Origin: an uncultured Gemmatimonadales bacterium
GTDB taxonomy: Bacteria; Gemmatimonadota; Gemmatimonadetes; Gemmatimonadales; GWC2-71-9
Length of the DNA stretch: 64,000 bases
Reading direction: 5' to 3'
Assembly (NCBI GenBank): GCA_963730185.1
Contig: CAVSQW010000014.1
Span: 1 to 64,000 of the forward strand
The notes below the pieces were generated by a model. That model did no database searches. It was not told the DNA's origin and was given only the letters and a program-made list of their open reading frames with translations. Below are positions 16,319 to 26,458 of this stretch, piece by piece. The translations under genes and the position numbers were made by a program. Numbering within the stretch: position 1 is the stretch's first letter; every line of letters starts with the position of its first letter.

Positions 16319-17146
16319 TCAGGCGGCTGTGGCCCTCGGCAGATACGTGAGGGGCGGCACCCGGCCGAGGCTGTCGTGGGGCCGCACTGTGTTGTAGCGT
16401 TGGCGCCAAGCCTCACTGATGGTGCGGACCTCGTCCAGGGAGGCGAAGAGCCACGCGTTGAGGACTTCGTCGCGGTAGGTCCGATTGAACCGCTCAATGA
16501 ACGCGTTCTGATCGGGTTTGCCGGGTTGGATGTAGTGAATGGCGATCCCCCGGGCGGCGCACCACGCCACGAACGGGGCCGCCAAGAACTCGGGCCCATT
16601 GTCGCAGCGCAGCGCCGCCGGAGCCCCATGCACGGTCGCCAGCTCGTCAAGGACGGCGACGACCCGGCCGCTCGGCAGCGCCAAGGCGGGCTCGATCGCC
16701 AGGGCTTCGCGGTTGCCTTCCTCGAGGACGTTGAGCACGCGGAACGGCCGGCCGTCGTACAACCGATCGTGCATGAAATCGAGTGCCCAGGTCCCGTTCA
16801 ACGCCGGCACGACGGCGAACGGGTGGCGCGGACGGCCCGGCACCCGTCGCTTGGTCCGGCGCGGCAAGGTGAGGCGGAGCGCGCAGTAGATCCGGTGGAT
16901 CCGCTTGTGATTCCAGGGATGCCCGAGCGCCCGCAGCCGATCATAGCACTTCCAGAAGCCCCAGCGCGGGTCGGCGGCCACCACGTCCTGGAGCGCCTCG
17001 ATCACAGGGGCATCGCGCGCCGGCGCGGCCGGCGGGGACCGATAGAACGCCGCCCGCGAGAGTCCGACGATCCGGCAGGCCCGTTGCACCGCAAGCCCAT
17101 GGTCGACCAGGATCGTCGCGACCGGTCGTCGCGCGGACGGCGTTAC
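16319..17146 (-). CDS. IS3 OrfB DDE transposase domain
   Basis: WALDFMHD, RCDNGPEF, PGKP.QNAFIERFN; overlaps the orfA end, consistent with -1 frameshift fusion. Confidence 0.92.
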   Translation of the reverse strand, partial: VTPSARRPVATILVDHGLAVQRACRIVGLSRAAFYRSPPAAPARDAPVIEALQDVVAADPRWGFWKCYDRLRALGHPWNHKRIHRIYCALRLTLPRRTKRRVPGRPRHPFAVVPALNGTWALDFMHDRLYDGRPFRVLNVLEEGNREALAIEPALALPSGRVVAVLDELATVHGAPAALRCDNGPEFLAAPFVAWCAARGIAIHYIQPGKPDQNAFIERFNRTYRDEVLNAWLFASLDEVRTISEAWRQRYNTVRPHDSLGRVPPLTYLPRATAA

Positions 17147-17409
17147 AGTTTTCGGCTCAACACGTCCTTGATCGCGGTGTTCTCCAGGGCCAGATCGGCG
17201 TACATCCGCTTGAGTTTGGCGTTTTCCGCCTCGAGCTCCTTCAGCCGCCGCAGCTCCGCCACGCCGGCCCCGCCGTACTTTCGCCGCCAGGTGAAGTACG
17301 TCGCCCGGCTGATCCCGTGTTTCCGGAGCAAATCACTGACCGGGACGCCGGCTTCCGCCTCCTGCAAAATGCTGACGATCTGGGACTCGGTGAATCGGGA
17401 CTTCCTCAT
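17143..17409 (-). CDS. IS3 OrfA
   Basis: MRKSRFTESQIV.IL...HGIS.ATY..W..KYGG...LKELEAEN.KLKRMYADL. Confidence 0.93.
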   Translation of the reverse strand: MRKSRFTESQIVSILQEAEAGVPVSDLLRKHGISRATYFTWRRKYGGAGVAELRRLKELEAENAKLKRMYADLALENTAIKDVLSRKL

Positions 17410-17493
17410 GGACTCCTCCTTCGCCAGAGAAGTCTAGCATCAGACTGTCTACCCGGTGGGGGAGCTTACGAAACGCCGTACGGGCAATGCCGA

Positions 17494-18519
17494 TTAGTTC
17501 GTGCGCTTGGCGGTGAATCGTGACAATCCGTCGCGTCCGCCGTTGGTGTCGTGCAGAAACAGATAGGTGGCCCCTTCGCGAAGGACCTCGAACAGCGGCC
17601 AGATGGTTTGGTTCGTGGCCAGCACGGGGTTCCCCGGGTCCTTGACCCAGCGAATGCCATCGCGGCTCGTCGCGCGCCCCAGCGCCAGCGGCTTCAGGTT
17701 CGCACCGCGTTGCGCGATGGGCCGGTCGTAGCCGACATAGAACAGCTCCCATCCTTCGCCATCGCGGAGCACTGATGCGCTAGTGATCGCGACACCGTCC
17801 CAGTCGCCTGCGGCGCCCACGCTCAGGATCGGTCCGCTGTGAACTTCCCAGTGAAGCAAGTCCATCGACGTGGCCAGGCCATAACCTGGGACCCCCGTCT
17901 TGCCTGGCCGTCCATAGAAATAGAGCCGGTATTGCTGGCCGACGCGAAATAGGTCCAGCGGCATGATCGCTTCGAACCAGGCCTCCGCGGGAGCACGAAG
18001 CACGGGATCGTCGGGCCCAGTCCAGGGGCCTGCAGGCCCGTGCTCCGAGATGGCCAGGTACACGGAACCTGTGGAATAGAAGTCGGGCTGAGGCACCGTG
18101 TAGAGCAGGATCCACTTGCCATCAATGACACTCCAACTGCCCACCGTGGCGCGACGCAGTCGAGGGTGTTGCAGCAACGGCGCGTTGCCCTGCTTCGTCC
18201 AGGTGAGCCCCGCGTCTGTGGAAATGGCGTAACCTAGCCCCATGTTGCGGGTGGGGTCCGCTGGCTCGACCACGCGGTTGCCGGAGTAGAGCAGATGCCA
18301 CGTATCCCCCTGGCGCACGACCGAAGGCCCATAGATCGTGTTCGCGTCCCACGCATGTCCTGCGCCGAGCGGCAGCACGACTACAGGATCGCTGGTCAAT
18401 GCGAACGTTGTCGCGTCGGATTTCTGCGCGAAGAGCGGAGACGCGAGCAGAAGGGTCAGCCCAGCAAACGCTGCCCCGGCGTTCCCGAGTCGCGGGTTGT
18501 CCACGGGTCGGCTGCGCAT
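17494..18519 (-). CDS. Secreted five-bladed beta-propeller glycoside hydrolase-like protein
   Basis: Repeated WD....P.V...W.L.Y.G...G.A.S.DG..W.K..NP blades. Confidence 0.75.
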   Translation of the reverse strand: MRSRPVDNPRLGNAGAAFAGLTLLLASPLFAQKSDATTFALTSDPVVVLPLGAGHAWDANTIYGPSVVRQGDTWHLLYSGNRVVEPADPTRNMGLGYAISTDAGLTWTKQGNAPLLQHPRLRRATVGSWSVIDGKWILLYTVPQPDFYSTGSVYLAISEHGPAGPWTGPDDPVLRAPAEAWFEAIMPLDLFRVGQQYRLYFYGRPGKTGVPGYGLATSMDLLHWEVHSGPILSVGAAGDWDGVAITSASVLRDGEGWELFYVGYDRPIAQRGANLKPLALGRATSRDGIRWVKDPGNPVLATNQTIWPLFEVLREGATYLFLHDTNGGRDGLSRFTAKRTN

Positions 18520-18538
18520 TCGGTTCTCTCGCAGGATA

Positions 18539-19708
18539 TCAGAGGGGCGGGCCGGCCAGGTAGAGGATGCTCGGGGCTTGGGACCGGGCGGCCACGATGT
18601 CGGGCCAGCCGTCCTCGTCGAGGTCGCCCACCGCGAAGCCGTACACCGTGCCGCGATCGTCGCCGAAGGTCACCCGCCGAAAAGGCTGGCCCGGGCCGGC
18701 GTTGAAGAACACCGCCGACGCCGCCTGGATGAATCCGACGACGATGTCGGGCCGGCCGTCGCGGTTCAGGTCGGCCACGGTCAGGGCGTAGGGCTTCTCG
18801 CGGTCGTCGCCCAGGGGCTGCCCCGGGCCGAAGGCGGGACCCGGCCCGCCGAAGTAGATCCGGGTGCCGCTCCGCTCGTCGATCGTCACCAGGTCCAGGC
18901 GGCCGTCGCCGTCGAAGTCGCCGCTCTCGGCCATCCGAATGGTCCCGTCCGGCGGGCCGAACGGAATCGTCCTCGCCCCGTCGAAGCCGCGGTCTCGGTC
19001 GCGCAGGAGCACCAGGCTCTGGCCGCCGTCACGGTGGGGTACGGCCAGGTCGGTCAGCCCGTCGCCGTCGAAGTCACCCGCGGAGATCGTGGTGGCCGAG
19101 TAGGTCGAGACCACCCGACAGGGGGCGTCGAAGCGCCCGCCGCCCCGGTTGAGGCAGAGATAATTCCCGCCTGGGCGGCGGCCGAACCGATTCGCGAGTA
19201 CGATATCAGGGAGGCCGTCGTCGTTCAGGTCGACCACCGCGGCGTTTCTGGTGGGCCAGGTGGAGTCGCCGACCTCCGCCGTCGGGGTGAAATGGCCCTG
19301 GCCGTCGTTGAGGTAGACCCGGGTCGGGTCGGGGCGATCGTTGCTGACCACCAGGTCCAGGTCGCCGTCCCGGTCGAGGTCGATCAGCTGCCCGGTGTAG
19401 CTCCGATCGGCGATCGTTCCCAAGGGGTAGGCGCGGGCAATGCCGCCCTTGCCGTCGCCCAGGAGCACCCGGTCCACCGCCGGCCAATGGCGGCCCTTGG
19501 CCAGGACGATGTCCAGGTGGCCGTCACCGTCGACGTCGCCGATGCTCGCGTTGGCTGAGGTGTCGGGGCGCTGGTCCAGGAGGACGACCCGGTCGTAGCG
19601 GGGCAGGGCGAGGGTGTCGCGGGCCGGGAGAACGGGCTCCCGGGGGCCGGCTGATGCCGCGGCTGCGACGATCAGGGCGAGGCCGGCGGTCAGGGTCGCT
19701 TCGGTCAT
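18539..19708 (-). CDS. FG-GAP/VCBS repeat protein
   Basis: Seven D.D.DG..D.V repeats. Confidence 0.9.
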   Translation of the reverse strand: MTEATLTAGLALIVAAAASAGPREPVLPARDTLALPRYDRVVLLDQRPDTSANASIGDVDGDGHLDIVLAKGRHWPAVDRVLLGDGKGGIARAYPLGTIADRSYTGQLIDLDRDGDLDLVVSNDRPDPTRVYLNDGQGHFTPTAEVGDSTWPTRNAAVVDLNDDGLPDIVLANRFGRRPGGNYLCLNRGGGRFDAPCRVVSTYSATTISAGDFDGDGLTDLAVPHRDGGQSLVLLRDRDRGFDGARTIPFGPPDGTIRMAESGDFDGDGRLDLVTIDERSGTRIYFGGPGPAFGPGQPLGDDREKPYALTVADLNRDGRPDIVVGFIQAASAVFFNAGPGQPFRRVTFGDDRGTVYGFAVGDLDEDGWPDIVAARSQAPSILYLAGPPL

Positions 19709-19820
19709 CCCCAGCTCCTCGGTGGACGTCGACCGGTGAATATGGCTCGATGGATGAGATGCCGCCCGGCCCCCGCGCGTTTCAGGAGAGATTGCCGACC
19801 CGGCCAGCCTGGGAGCGTCG

Positions 19821-20612
19821 ATGACCCCACCCGATCCAGCCCAGATCGCCGCCGCGCGCACCTACGAGGCGATCTTCGTTCCCGCCCTCTTCCGCGAGTG
19901 GGGCCCGCGACTGGTCGCGGCCGCCGGGATCCGACCCGGCGACCGGGTCCTGGATGTGGCCTGCGGGACCGGTGCGCTTACCCGGGCCGTGGCCGGCGCG
20001 GTGGGCTCGGCCGGCAGGGTGACCGGTCTCGACCCGAACCGGGGGATGCTGGCGGTGGCCCGCGAGCTGGCGGCGGCTATCGAGTGGCGCCACGGGGCCG
20101 CCGAGGCCCTGCCGTTTCCTGACGGGACCTTCGACCGGGTGGTGAGCCAGTTCGGCCTGATGTTTTTTTCGGACCGGGCTGGCGCGCTTCGCGAGATGCG
20201 GCGGGTGCTCCGGCCCGGTGGCGGGCTGGCGGTGGCGGTGTGGGCGTCGCTCGACGACACGCCGGCCTACGCGGCGGAGGTCGCCCTGCTCGAGCGGCTC
20301 GCGGGCCCCGAGGCCGGCAACGCGCTCAAGGCGCCGTTCGTTCTCGGCGACCCGGACGAGTTGCTGGCGCTCTTTGCCGAGGCGGGCCTACCGGACGCGA
20401 CGGTCGAGACGATCGTGGGCCGGGGACGGTTTCCCAGCATCCGGGCGCTGGTGGAGACCGATGTCCGGGGCTGGCTCCCGCTGATGGGCGTCCGGCTTTC
20501 CGAGGAGCTGATCGAGCGGATCCTCCACGAGGCGGAAACGGTGCTGGGACCGTTTCGGACGCCGACCGGAGGGGTCGAGTTCGCGTCCCCGGCGCACCTA
20601 GTGTCGGTCTGA
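19821..20612 (+). CDS. Class I SAM-dependent methyltransferase
   Basis: VLDVACGTG, AEALPFPD.TFD, RVLRPGG. Confidence 0.9.
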   Translation: MTPPDPAQIAAARTYEAIFVPALFREWGPRLVAAAGIRPGDRVLDVACGTGALTRAVAGAVGSAGRVTGLDPNRGMLAVARELAAAIEWRHGAAEALPFPDGTFDRVVSQFGLMFFSDRAGALREMRRVLRPGGGLAVAVWASLDDTPAYAAEVALLERLAGPEAGNALKAPFVLGDPDELLALFAEAGLPDATVETIVGRGRFPSIRALVETDVRGWLPLMGVRLSEELIERILHEAETVLGPFRTPTGGVEFASPAHLVSV

Positions 20613-20618
20613 TCCGGG

Positions 20619-21035
20619 GTGACCCTGGTCACAGCGTCGCCCGGGCGGGCACCCCAGCTTTCAGGGGTGAAACCGACCCTGCTGCTGACCCTCCTTGCCC
20701 TTGGATGCGCCCGGGCCGACACCGCCAGCCCAGGGGAGTCGCCGCCGCCGGCCCCGTTCGTCGGGATCGCGTACGTCGCACTCGCGCCGGACCAGGCCGC
20801 CGTGGTGGTGGGCGACACGATCCGAGTCCGGTTGGTCGACACCAACCTCCCACGGCCGGTCAGCGTCGTGTGGTCGGTGTCGGATCGGACCTTGGCCGGC
20901 GTGGACGCGACGGGTCTGGTGACGGCCTTCAGTCCAGGATCCGTGGGAGTGGCGGCGACGGTCTCCGGCGCCCGCGGTACGGCCGCGGGCGCGGTGACCC
21001 TTCGGATCGGTCCGCCGCCGTCGCCGGTCCGTTGA
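20619..21035 (+). CDS. Ig-like (Big_2) domain lipoprotein
   Basis: LALGC lipobox; V.WSVSD..LA.VD.TGLVTA..PG. Confidence 0.7.
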   Translation: MTLVTASPGRAPQLSGVKPTLLLTLLALGCARADTASPGESPPPAPFVGIAYVALAPDQAAVVVGDTIRVRLVDTNLPRPVSVVWSVSDRTLAGVDATGLVTAFSPGSVGVAATVSGARGTAAGAVTLRIGPPPSPVR

Positions 21036-21166
21036 AGGCCGAGCGGCAGCCTGAGACCGAGCGTTTGGCCCGGATCCGGGCGACGGACTACCCTGACGCC
21101 GAGACGTTCGCTACCGTCAGTGGGGCGGCCGGCTCCGCGTCCATTGCTCATCGAAGGGGATCCTCG

Positions 21167-21805
21167 ATGTCCGAACGACGGGTCGCGGGACCGCCGTTCC
21201 TGCTCTGGGCGGCGGTGGCCGCTCCGGTGTGCTACTTCGTGACGCTCACCGCCGCCACCTTGGCCTATCCCGGCTTCGACGAGGTGGTCCAGCTGCCGAG
21301 CGAGCTTGGAGCCCGCGGCGCCCCCCATCCGATGATCTTCAACGTCGGCATGGCGGTCAGCGGCCTGGTCCTGATCCTGGCCGGCCTGGGACTCCGGACC
21401 GCCCTTCGGCGACTCGACGCCTCCCGAGGCGTTGCCGCCACGGCGGCCGTCCTCGCGGCTCTGAGCGGGCTCTACCTGTTGGCCATCGCGGCATTCCCGC
21501 TTCCCGATCCGCGGCACGATATCGTCGCGATCCTTGCCCTGGCGATGCACCCGCTGCCGTTCGTGGTCGCGGCGGCGCTCGGGACGCGGCCCGTCTGGCG
21601 CGGGCTTCGTCGGTTCCTGGTGGTGGCCGGGTTGGCGCTGCTCGCCCTGCTCGTGGCGGTCGTCTTCGCCGGTCCCGAGTCGGTCCGGGCCGGGTTGCTG
21701 AGCCGGCTCTACGCGGCGGTCGCCTTCGGGTGGATGGCGGTCGCGGGGGTGATCCTGGCGCGAAACTGGGTCCTCGGCCTCTCGTCGACGATCTCCTTTG
21801 GCTGA
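21167..21805 (+). CDS. DUF998-like membrane protein
   Basis: YPG....Q..SELGA.GAP...IFN; multiple TM helices. Confidence 0.75.
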   Translation: MSERRVAGPPFLLWAAVAAPVCYFVTLTAATLAYPGFDEVVQLPSELGARGAPHPMIFNVGMAVSGLVLILAGLGLRTALRRLDASRGVAATAAVLAALSGLYLLAIAAFPLPDPRHDIVAILALAMHPLPFVVAAALGTRPVWRGLRRFLVVAGLALLALLVAVVFAGPESVRAGLLSRLYAAVAFGWMAVAGVILARNWVLGLSSTISFG

Positions 21806-21815
21806 GCGCCGGGTC

Positions 21816-22625
21816 ATGGCCGAATCACCGATCGCCCCGGGCGACTCGGCCCTGGCCGAGTCGGCCGTCGCTAACTTCGTCCGGCACGTCAGTTGGGGTC
21901 CGACCCGCACACCGGGGCTGGAAGTGCGGGTCGAGCCCGAGCTGGTGCTGGCCGACTCCGGTCTTCCGTCCGACACCTTCAACTGCGTCTGCCGGGCGCG
22001 CCTTCCGGTCGACCGGGTCGGCGCGGCCATCGCCGCGGTCCTCGACCACTTTGCTCGGGCGGCGCGGCCGTTCTCGTGGTGGGTGAGCCCGGGCGACGAG
22101 CCGGCCGATCTCGGGGCCCGCCTGGTCGCCGCGGGACTGGTCGGCACGGAGGCGGAGCTGGCGATGGCGGTCGGCCTGGACCGGCTGGCGGCGTCGCCGG
22201 CCCCATCGGGTCTCACGGTCCGCCGGGCGTCGACCGCCGCCGAGCTGGGCCACTTTGCCCGGGTCACGGCGGCCAACTGGAGCCCGCCCGACCGGCACGT
22301 GCTCCAGTACTACGCCCTGATCGAGGCCGCTTTGCTCGATCCCGCCTCGCCGCAGCGATACTACGTCGGCTATCTCGACGACCACCCGGTGGCCGTCTCG
22401 GAGATGACCGTCGCCGGCGGGCTGGTGGGCCTCTACAACATCGCGACGATCGCCTCGCATCGGCGCCGGGGCTTCGGGACGGCGCTCACCCTCCATCCCC
22501 TCCTCGAGGCCCGGAACGAGGGGTTTCGGACCGGAGTGTTGCAGGCGGCGGAAGCGGGGATCGGGATGTACCGCCGGATCGGGTTCGAGGCTTTCGGCGA
22601 CATTACCGAGTATCAGCCTCGATGA
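21816..22625 (+). CDS. GNAT acetyltransferase
   Basis: GLYNIAT..SHRRRGFG...LQA...G..MYRRIGF. Confidence 0.88.
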   Translation: MAESPIAPGDSALAESAVANFVRHVSWGPTRTPGLEVRVEPELVLADSGLPSDTFNCVCRARLPVDRVGAAIAAVLDHFARAARPFSWWVSPGDEPADLGARLVAAGLVGTEAELAMAVGLDRLAASPAPSGLTVRRASTAAELGHFARVTAANWSPPDRHVLQYYALIEAALLDPASPQRYYVGYLDDHPVAVSEMTVAGGLVGLYNIATIASHRRRGFGTALTLHPLLEARNEGFRTGVLQAAEAGIGMYRRIGFEAFGDITEYQPR

Positions 22626-22966
22626 CCGGTCCGGAAGCCATCCGGCCGGCCGGTCGTGCCGGAGCGCTGATTGCCACGCTCGGGCTCGCGCCGCACCCCG
22701 AAGGCGGCTACTACCGGGAGATCCACCGGTCGACGGCCCAGGTCGAGCCGGCCGACGGGCGCAGGCTCCGCGCCGGGCTGACCACGATCTATTTCCTCCT
22801 CGCCGCCGGCGCGTGGCAGGCCGCGCAGGCGTCGGGTCAGTACACCCTGGTGAGCTGTTCCGTCGGGCCCGGGTTCGACTTCACGGACTTCGCCCTGCTC
22901 CGCGACGATCCGGCGGCCGTGGAGCGGGTGCGGACGGTGCGACCGGAGCTGCTCGGCCTGGTTTGA
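22622..22966 (+). pseudogene. Cupin_5 (DUF985) protein with internal in-frame deletion
   Basis: L.PHPEGGYYRE, TTIYFLL directly followed by WQAA, C.V.PGFDF.DF; central metal-binding segment missing. Confidence 0.7.
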
Positions 22967-22997
22967 TTGGCACGACCGACGCCTCTCGGGGGTAACC

Positions 22998-23405
22998 ATG
23001 GCGCGCTTCGTCGTGGGATGCGTGATTGGACTCGTGGTTGGTCTGGCGCTGATGGCCGGCGCCCTCGTGCATTACGAGGCGGCGAAGGCGTTGGCCGCAC
23101 CGGTTCCGCTTCCCGGCGGGCCCGCCTCGCGGCTCGCGCTGGTTCCCTACGTGTTGCTGCTCGGGCTCACCGGTGGTGTGGTAGTCCGGGCCCTCTCGAT
23201 CCAGCCGCGAGTCTTGCGTCTGGTGGTGATCGGAGGCCTGCTCGGTGCGGGCGGAGGCGCGTTTCTCGCCGCGTCCGCTTCGTTTCGGCACCCGTGGCTG
23301 ACCTCGCCCTGGTCGGTTCCCGAGCAGACGGTGGTCATCGCCGGCCTGGGTGCGCTGGCGGCCCTGCTCCTGGTCGGGATCGACTGGATCCGGGGCCGGG
23401 AGTAG
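22998..23405 (+). CDS. Hypothetical 4-TM membrane protein
   Basis: 135-aa hydrophobic ORF. Confidence 0.6.
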   Translation: MARFVVGCVIGLVVGLALMAGALVHYEAAKALAAPVPLPGGPASRLALVPYVLLLGLTGGVVVRALSIQPRVLRLVVIGGLLGAGGGAFLAASASFRHPWLTSPWSVPEQTVVIAGLGALAALLLVGIDWIRGRE

Positions 23406-23497
23406 TCCGGCTTGGATGCGGGTCGATCGGGCGATAGCTTGAGAATCGTCACCCGTCAGGCCCCCGAGCGTCACTCACCGCCAACCTCGGCGGCGGC

Positions 23498-24442
23498 ATG
23501 AAACGATTCGTCAAGCTCGGCCTCGTGCTGGCCGTCGCGGTGATCGTGACCTGCGGCGCGTACTACGCTTCCCGGAATCCCGAGCAGGGAACGCTGGACG
23601 ACGCCGCCCGCGCCGCGGTGCCGGGTCAGTACGTGCGCCTCACGGACGGCCTGACCCACTTCGAGCTGTCTGGACCGGAAGAGGGACCTCCCGTGGTGCT
23701 GGTGCACGGCTTCTCGGTGCCGGCCTACATCTGGGACTCGACCGTCGCGCTCTTGAGCGGGGCGGGGTTCCGGGTGCTCCGCTACGACCTCTTCGGCCGG
23801 GGCACCTCCGATCGCCCGGATGTGACCTACGACGCCGACCTGTTCGACCGCCAGTTGGGCGAGCTCCTCGATTCGGCTCGCTGGCAGCGGCCGGTCCACG
23901 TGATGGGGCTTTCGATGGGCGGCTTCGTGACCGCCACCTTCGCGGGCCGGCATCCCGAGCGGGTCCGATCACTCACCCTGATCGATCCGGCCGCCGGCGA
24001 CGCGGAGCCGCTGCCGTGGTACCTCCGGCTTCCCTGGCTGGGTCCGATGATGTGGCAGGCGCTCCTGGTGCCCGGGATGGCGCGGGGCCAGCTGACCGAC
24101 TTCCGGGACCCCGCCCGGTGGCCCGAGTGGCCCGATCTCTACCGGCCCCAGATGCGGTTCCGGGGGTTCGGTCGGGCCCTCTGGTCGAGCGCGATGACTC
24201 TGTCCCGGACCGACCTGGATTCCGTCTATGCCACGGTTGGGCAGCGGTCGATGCCGGTGATGCTGCTCTGGGGCAAGGACGACCACACCGTTCCGATCGA
24301 GAACGCCGATCGGGTCCGCCGGGCGATCCCGCGGGCCGAGTACCATCCGATCGACGGGGCGGCGCACCTCCCGCACATGGAACGGAGCGACACTGTGGGG
24401 CCGCTGATGCTCACCTTCCTGCGCGCGCACCTCGACGACTGA
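23498..24442 (+). CDS. Alpha/beta hydrolase
   Basis: LVHGFS, D.FGRG.SD, GLSMGG, AHLPHME. Confidence 0.9.
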   Translation: MKRFVKLGLVLAVAVIVTCGAYYASRNPEQGTLDDAARAAVPGQYVRLTDGLTHFELSGPEEGPPVVLVHGFSVPAYIWDSTVALLSGAGFRVLRYDLFGRGTSDRPDVTYDADLFDRQLGELLDSARWQRPVHVMGLSMGGFVTATFAGRHPERVRSLTLIDPAAGDAEPLPWYLRLPWLGPMMWQALLVPGMARGQLTDFRDPARWPEWPDLYRPQMRFRGFGRALWSSAMTLSRTDLDSVYATVGQRSMPVMLLWGKDDHTVPIENADRVRRAIPRAEYHPIDGAAHLPHMERSDTVGPLMLTFLRAHLDD

Positions 24443-24544
24443 ACCGGCGCTCGGCTGGGCCGACCGGCGTCACCTCGCCCCATCGCGGCGAGCGTTCCCC
24501 TAGATTGCGACCGGGCGTCTTCGTTCGAGTCTGACGTCCAGGAG

Positions 24545-25279
24545 GTGAGAATGCGACCGCCATGGATCGCGGCGCTGGCCGCGCTGGCTTTGCACCCGGG
24601 GTCGGTAGCCGCCCAGGCCACGATCGTCGGGCGGGTGATCAACGACTCCAGCAAGGCGCCGATCGAAGGGGCCGAGATCGCCCTGGAGCAGGGCGGCCGC
24701 AAGGTCCGCTCGGATGCCGATGGCCGCTTCACCGTCGGCAGCGTTCCGTCCGGGATCGGCTTCGCGGTGATCCGGAAAATCGGCTTTCGTCCAGTCCGCC
24801 TTCGCACCCTGATCTTCGGCGAGGATACCCTCGAGGTCGACGTGCGGCTTCGCCCTTCGGTGGTGGAGCTCGAGCCGATCGAGGTGACGGCCAGCTCGGT
24901 CCCGGCCGGCATGGAGCCGTTCGCGGAGCGGCGGCTCGCCGGGTTCGGCACCTTCATCGACGCCTCGGTGCTTCGCGACGCGGAGGCCCGCCGGCTGAGC
25001 GACCTGCTCCGTGACGTCCGCGGCATCCGGATGAACCGGGTGAACGGGTTCAAGACGGTGGTGACCAACTCCCGGGGCAACTGCCCGATGGCGATCTGGC
25101 TCGACGGCCAGCGGATCTACTACCCGGGCTCGCCGATGGGGACCCTCGACATCGATCAGTTCACCATTCAGAACCTCGAGGCCATCGAGGTGTACGCCGG
25201 CCCGGCCGAAACACCGGGTGAGCTCAGCGGCACCGGCGCCGGCTGCGGGACGCTGGTGCTCTGGTCGCGCCGACCCTGA
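24545..25279 (+). CDS. Carboxypeptidase-regulatory-like plus TonB plug-like secreted protein
   Basis: GRV.ND....PIEGA, SD.DGRF, RKIGF, C..WLDG, EAIEVY.G..P..CG..VLW. Confidence 0.75.
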   Translation: MRMRPPWIAALAALALHPGSVAAQATIVGRVINDSSKAPIEGAEIALEQGGRKVRSDADGRFTVGSVPSGIGFAVIRKIGFRPVRLRTLIFGEDTLEVDVRLRPSVVELEPIEVTASSVPAGMEPFAERRLAGFGTFIDASVLRDAEARRLSDLLRDVRGIRMNRVNGFKTVVTNSRGNCPMAIWLDGQRIYYPGSPMGTLDIDQFTIQNLEAIEVYAGPAETPGELSGTGAGCGTLVLWSRRP

Positions 25280-25282
25280 CGA

Positions 25283-25795
25283 TCAGGGATCGAGCACGGT
25301 TTGGACCCGGTAGACCCGCCAGGCGCCCCGCCTGACCGTCATCCGGGTCAGGTAGGCGGTGGTGAGCCCGTTCGGTGGGGTGGCCACCACCGCCACCCGC
25401 CGCTCGGGGGTGGACCGCGGGTCGCCCACGATCTGCACGATCACCAACGCCTGGCCCTTCTCGCCCCGAGGCAGGGTCTGGAAGCCCGAGCGCACCGAGC
25501 GATGTCGGGCGAGGTGGAGTCGGGCCACGTCGGCCGAGCTCAGCACGGTGGCCACCGGCTGGCCGAGAACCCCAAAGACCTGTAGGCGCGGGGCGACCCG
25601 TACCAGCGAGTCGACGGTCACGGTGCCGCAGCGGCAGAGCTGGCGATAGTCGATCGCCCGGATGGCGCTCAGCGCGCCGGTGGAATCCAGGCGGACCGGA
25701 AGTCCGGGCCTCGCCTGAGCCCGGGCGGCCGGCGCGAGGGCGAGCGCAACGAGGAGTGAAGCGAGGCTCGTGAGCCGCGGACGGGAATCGGTCAT
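25283..25795 (-). CDS. Hypothetical secreted protein
   Basis: Signal peptide LALAPAARAQ. Confidence 0.55.
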   Translation of the reverse strand: MTDSRPRLTSLASLLVALALAPAARAQARPGLPVRLDSTGALSAIRAIDYRQLCRCGTVTVDSLVRVAPRLQVFGVLGQPVATVLSSADVARLHLARHRSVRSGFQTLPRGEKGQALVIVQIVGDPRSTPERRVAVVATPPNGLTTAYLTRMTVRRGAWRVYRVQTVLDP

Positions 25796-25861
25796 GGCGC
25801 ACCCGGCGGACGAAGTGCCGTCCCGTGGCAGCAAGAAGCCCGCCGTCCGGTCGCGCCGGCG

Positions 25862-26365
25862 TCAGGTCTCGGCGGGAAAGGAGAGCTCCAGGGTCTCGCC
25901 GGCGGGGAGGGCGCGCCAGCGCTCGAAGAGCCGGGCCCGATCCGCTCGAATCCGGGCCAGATCGGCGTCGGTCAGCTGGGGTCCCGGCCGCGGGATCCCC
26001 CGCTGGCCGTAGTACCCCTCCGCCTTGTTCCGGAAGTCCTCGGCGGTCCATCGGACTCCGCCGGCCCGCTCCGCGTCCAGGAAGCCGACCAGGAGCTCGG
26101 CGTCGAGCGCCTGATCCGGCAGGGGGCCGCGAGGCCAGGGTTTGCCGAAGTCGCCCAGGTCCCATCCGGCCGCCACCAGGCCGAAGAAGGCCCGGTCGTA
26201 GCCGAGGGCCCCTTCCACGGCGTAATGAGTCAGGTCGTGCCGCGGAAAGAAGGCGCCTTGCTGACCCTGCTGGCGCTGCCAGGTCGTGGTCCCGTCGGGT
26301 CGGACGCAGCTCAGAGCGGCCGAGCCGTCGGTTTTCTTTTTGATCCGGATGACGAGCGGCGGCAT
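25862..26365 (-). CDS. Conserved hypothetical protein
   Basis: C.R.DG..TW, HDL.HY.VE..LG...FFGLVA.GW motif. Confidence 0.65.
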   Translation of the reverse strand: MPPLVIRIKKKTDGSAALSCVRPDGTTTWQRQQGQQGAFFPRHDLTHYAVEGALGYDRAFFGLVAAGWDLGDFGKPWPRGPLPDQALDAELLVGFLDAERAGGVRWTAEDFRNKAEGYYGQRGIPRPGPQLTDADLARIRADRARLFERWRALPAGETLELSFPAET

Positions 26366-26458
26366 GGCTCCAAGTGTCGGCACCCGCACCGGGGAAGGGA
26401 AGGGCCGGCGCCCAGGCCGGCCCGTCGAGCGGCCCTGGGGAGGCGCGGATCCTCCCGC

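Larger units (their letters stand above)
16278..17470 (-). mobile_element. IS3-family insertion sequence (IS407-like), 1193 bp
   Basis: Terminal IRs CGTAAGCTCCCC-N8-AGACAGTC at both ends; 4-bp direct repeat AAAC (16274-16277 / 17471-17474). Confidence 0.93.
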
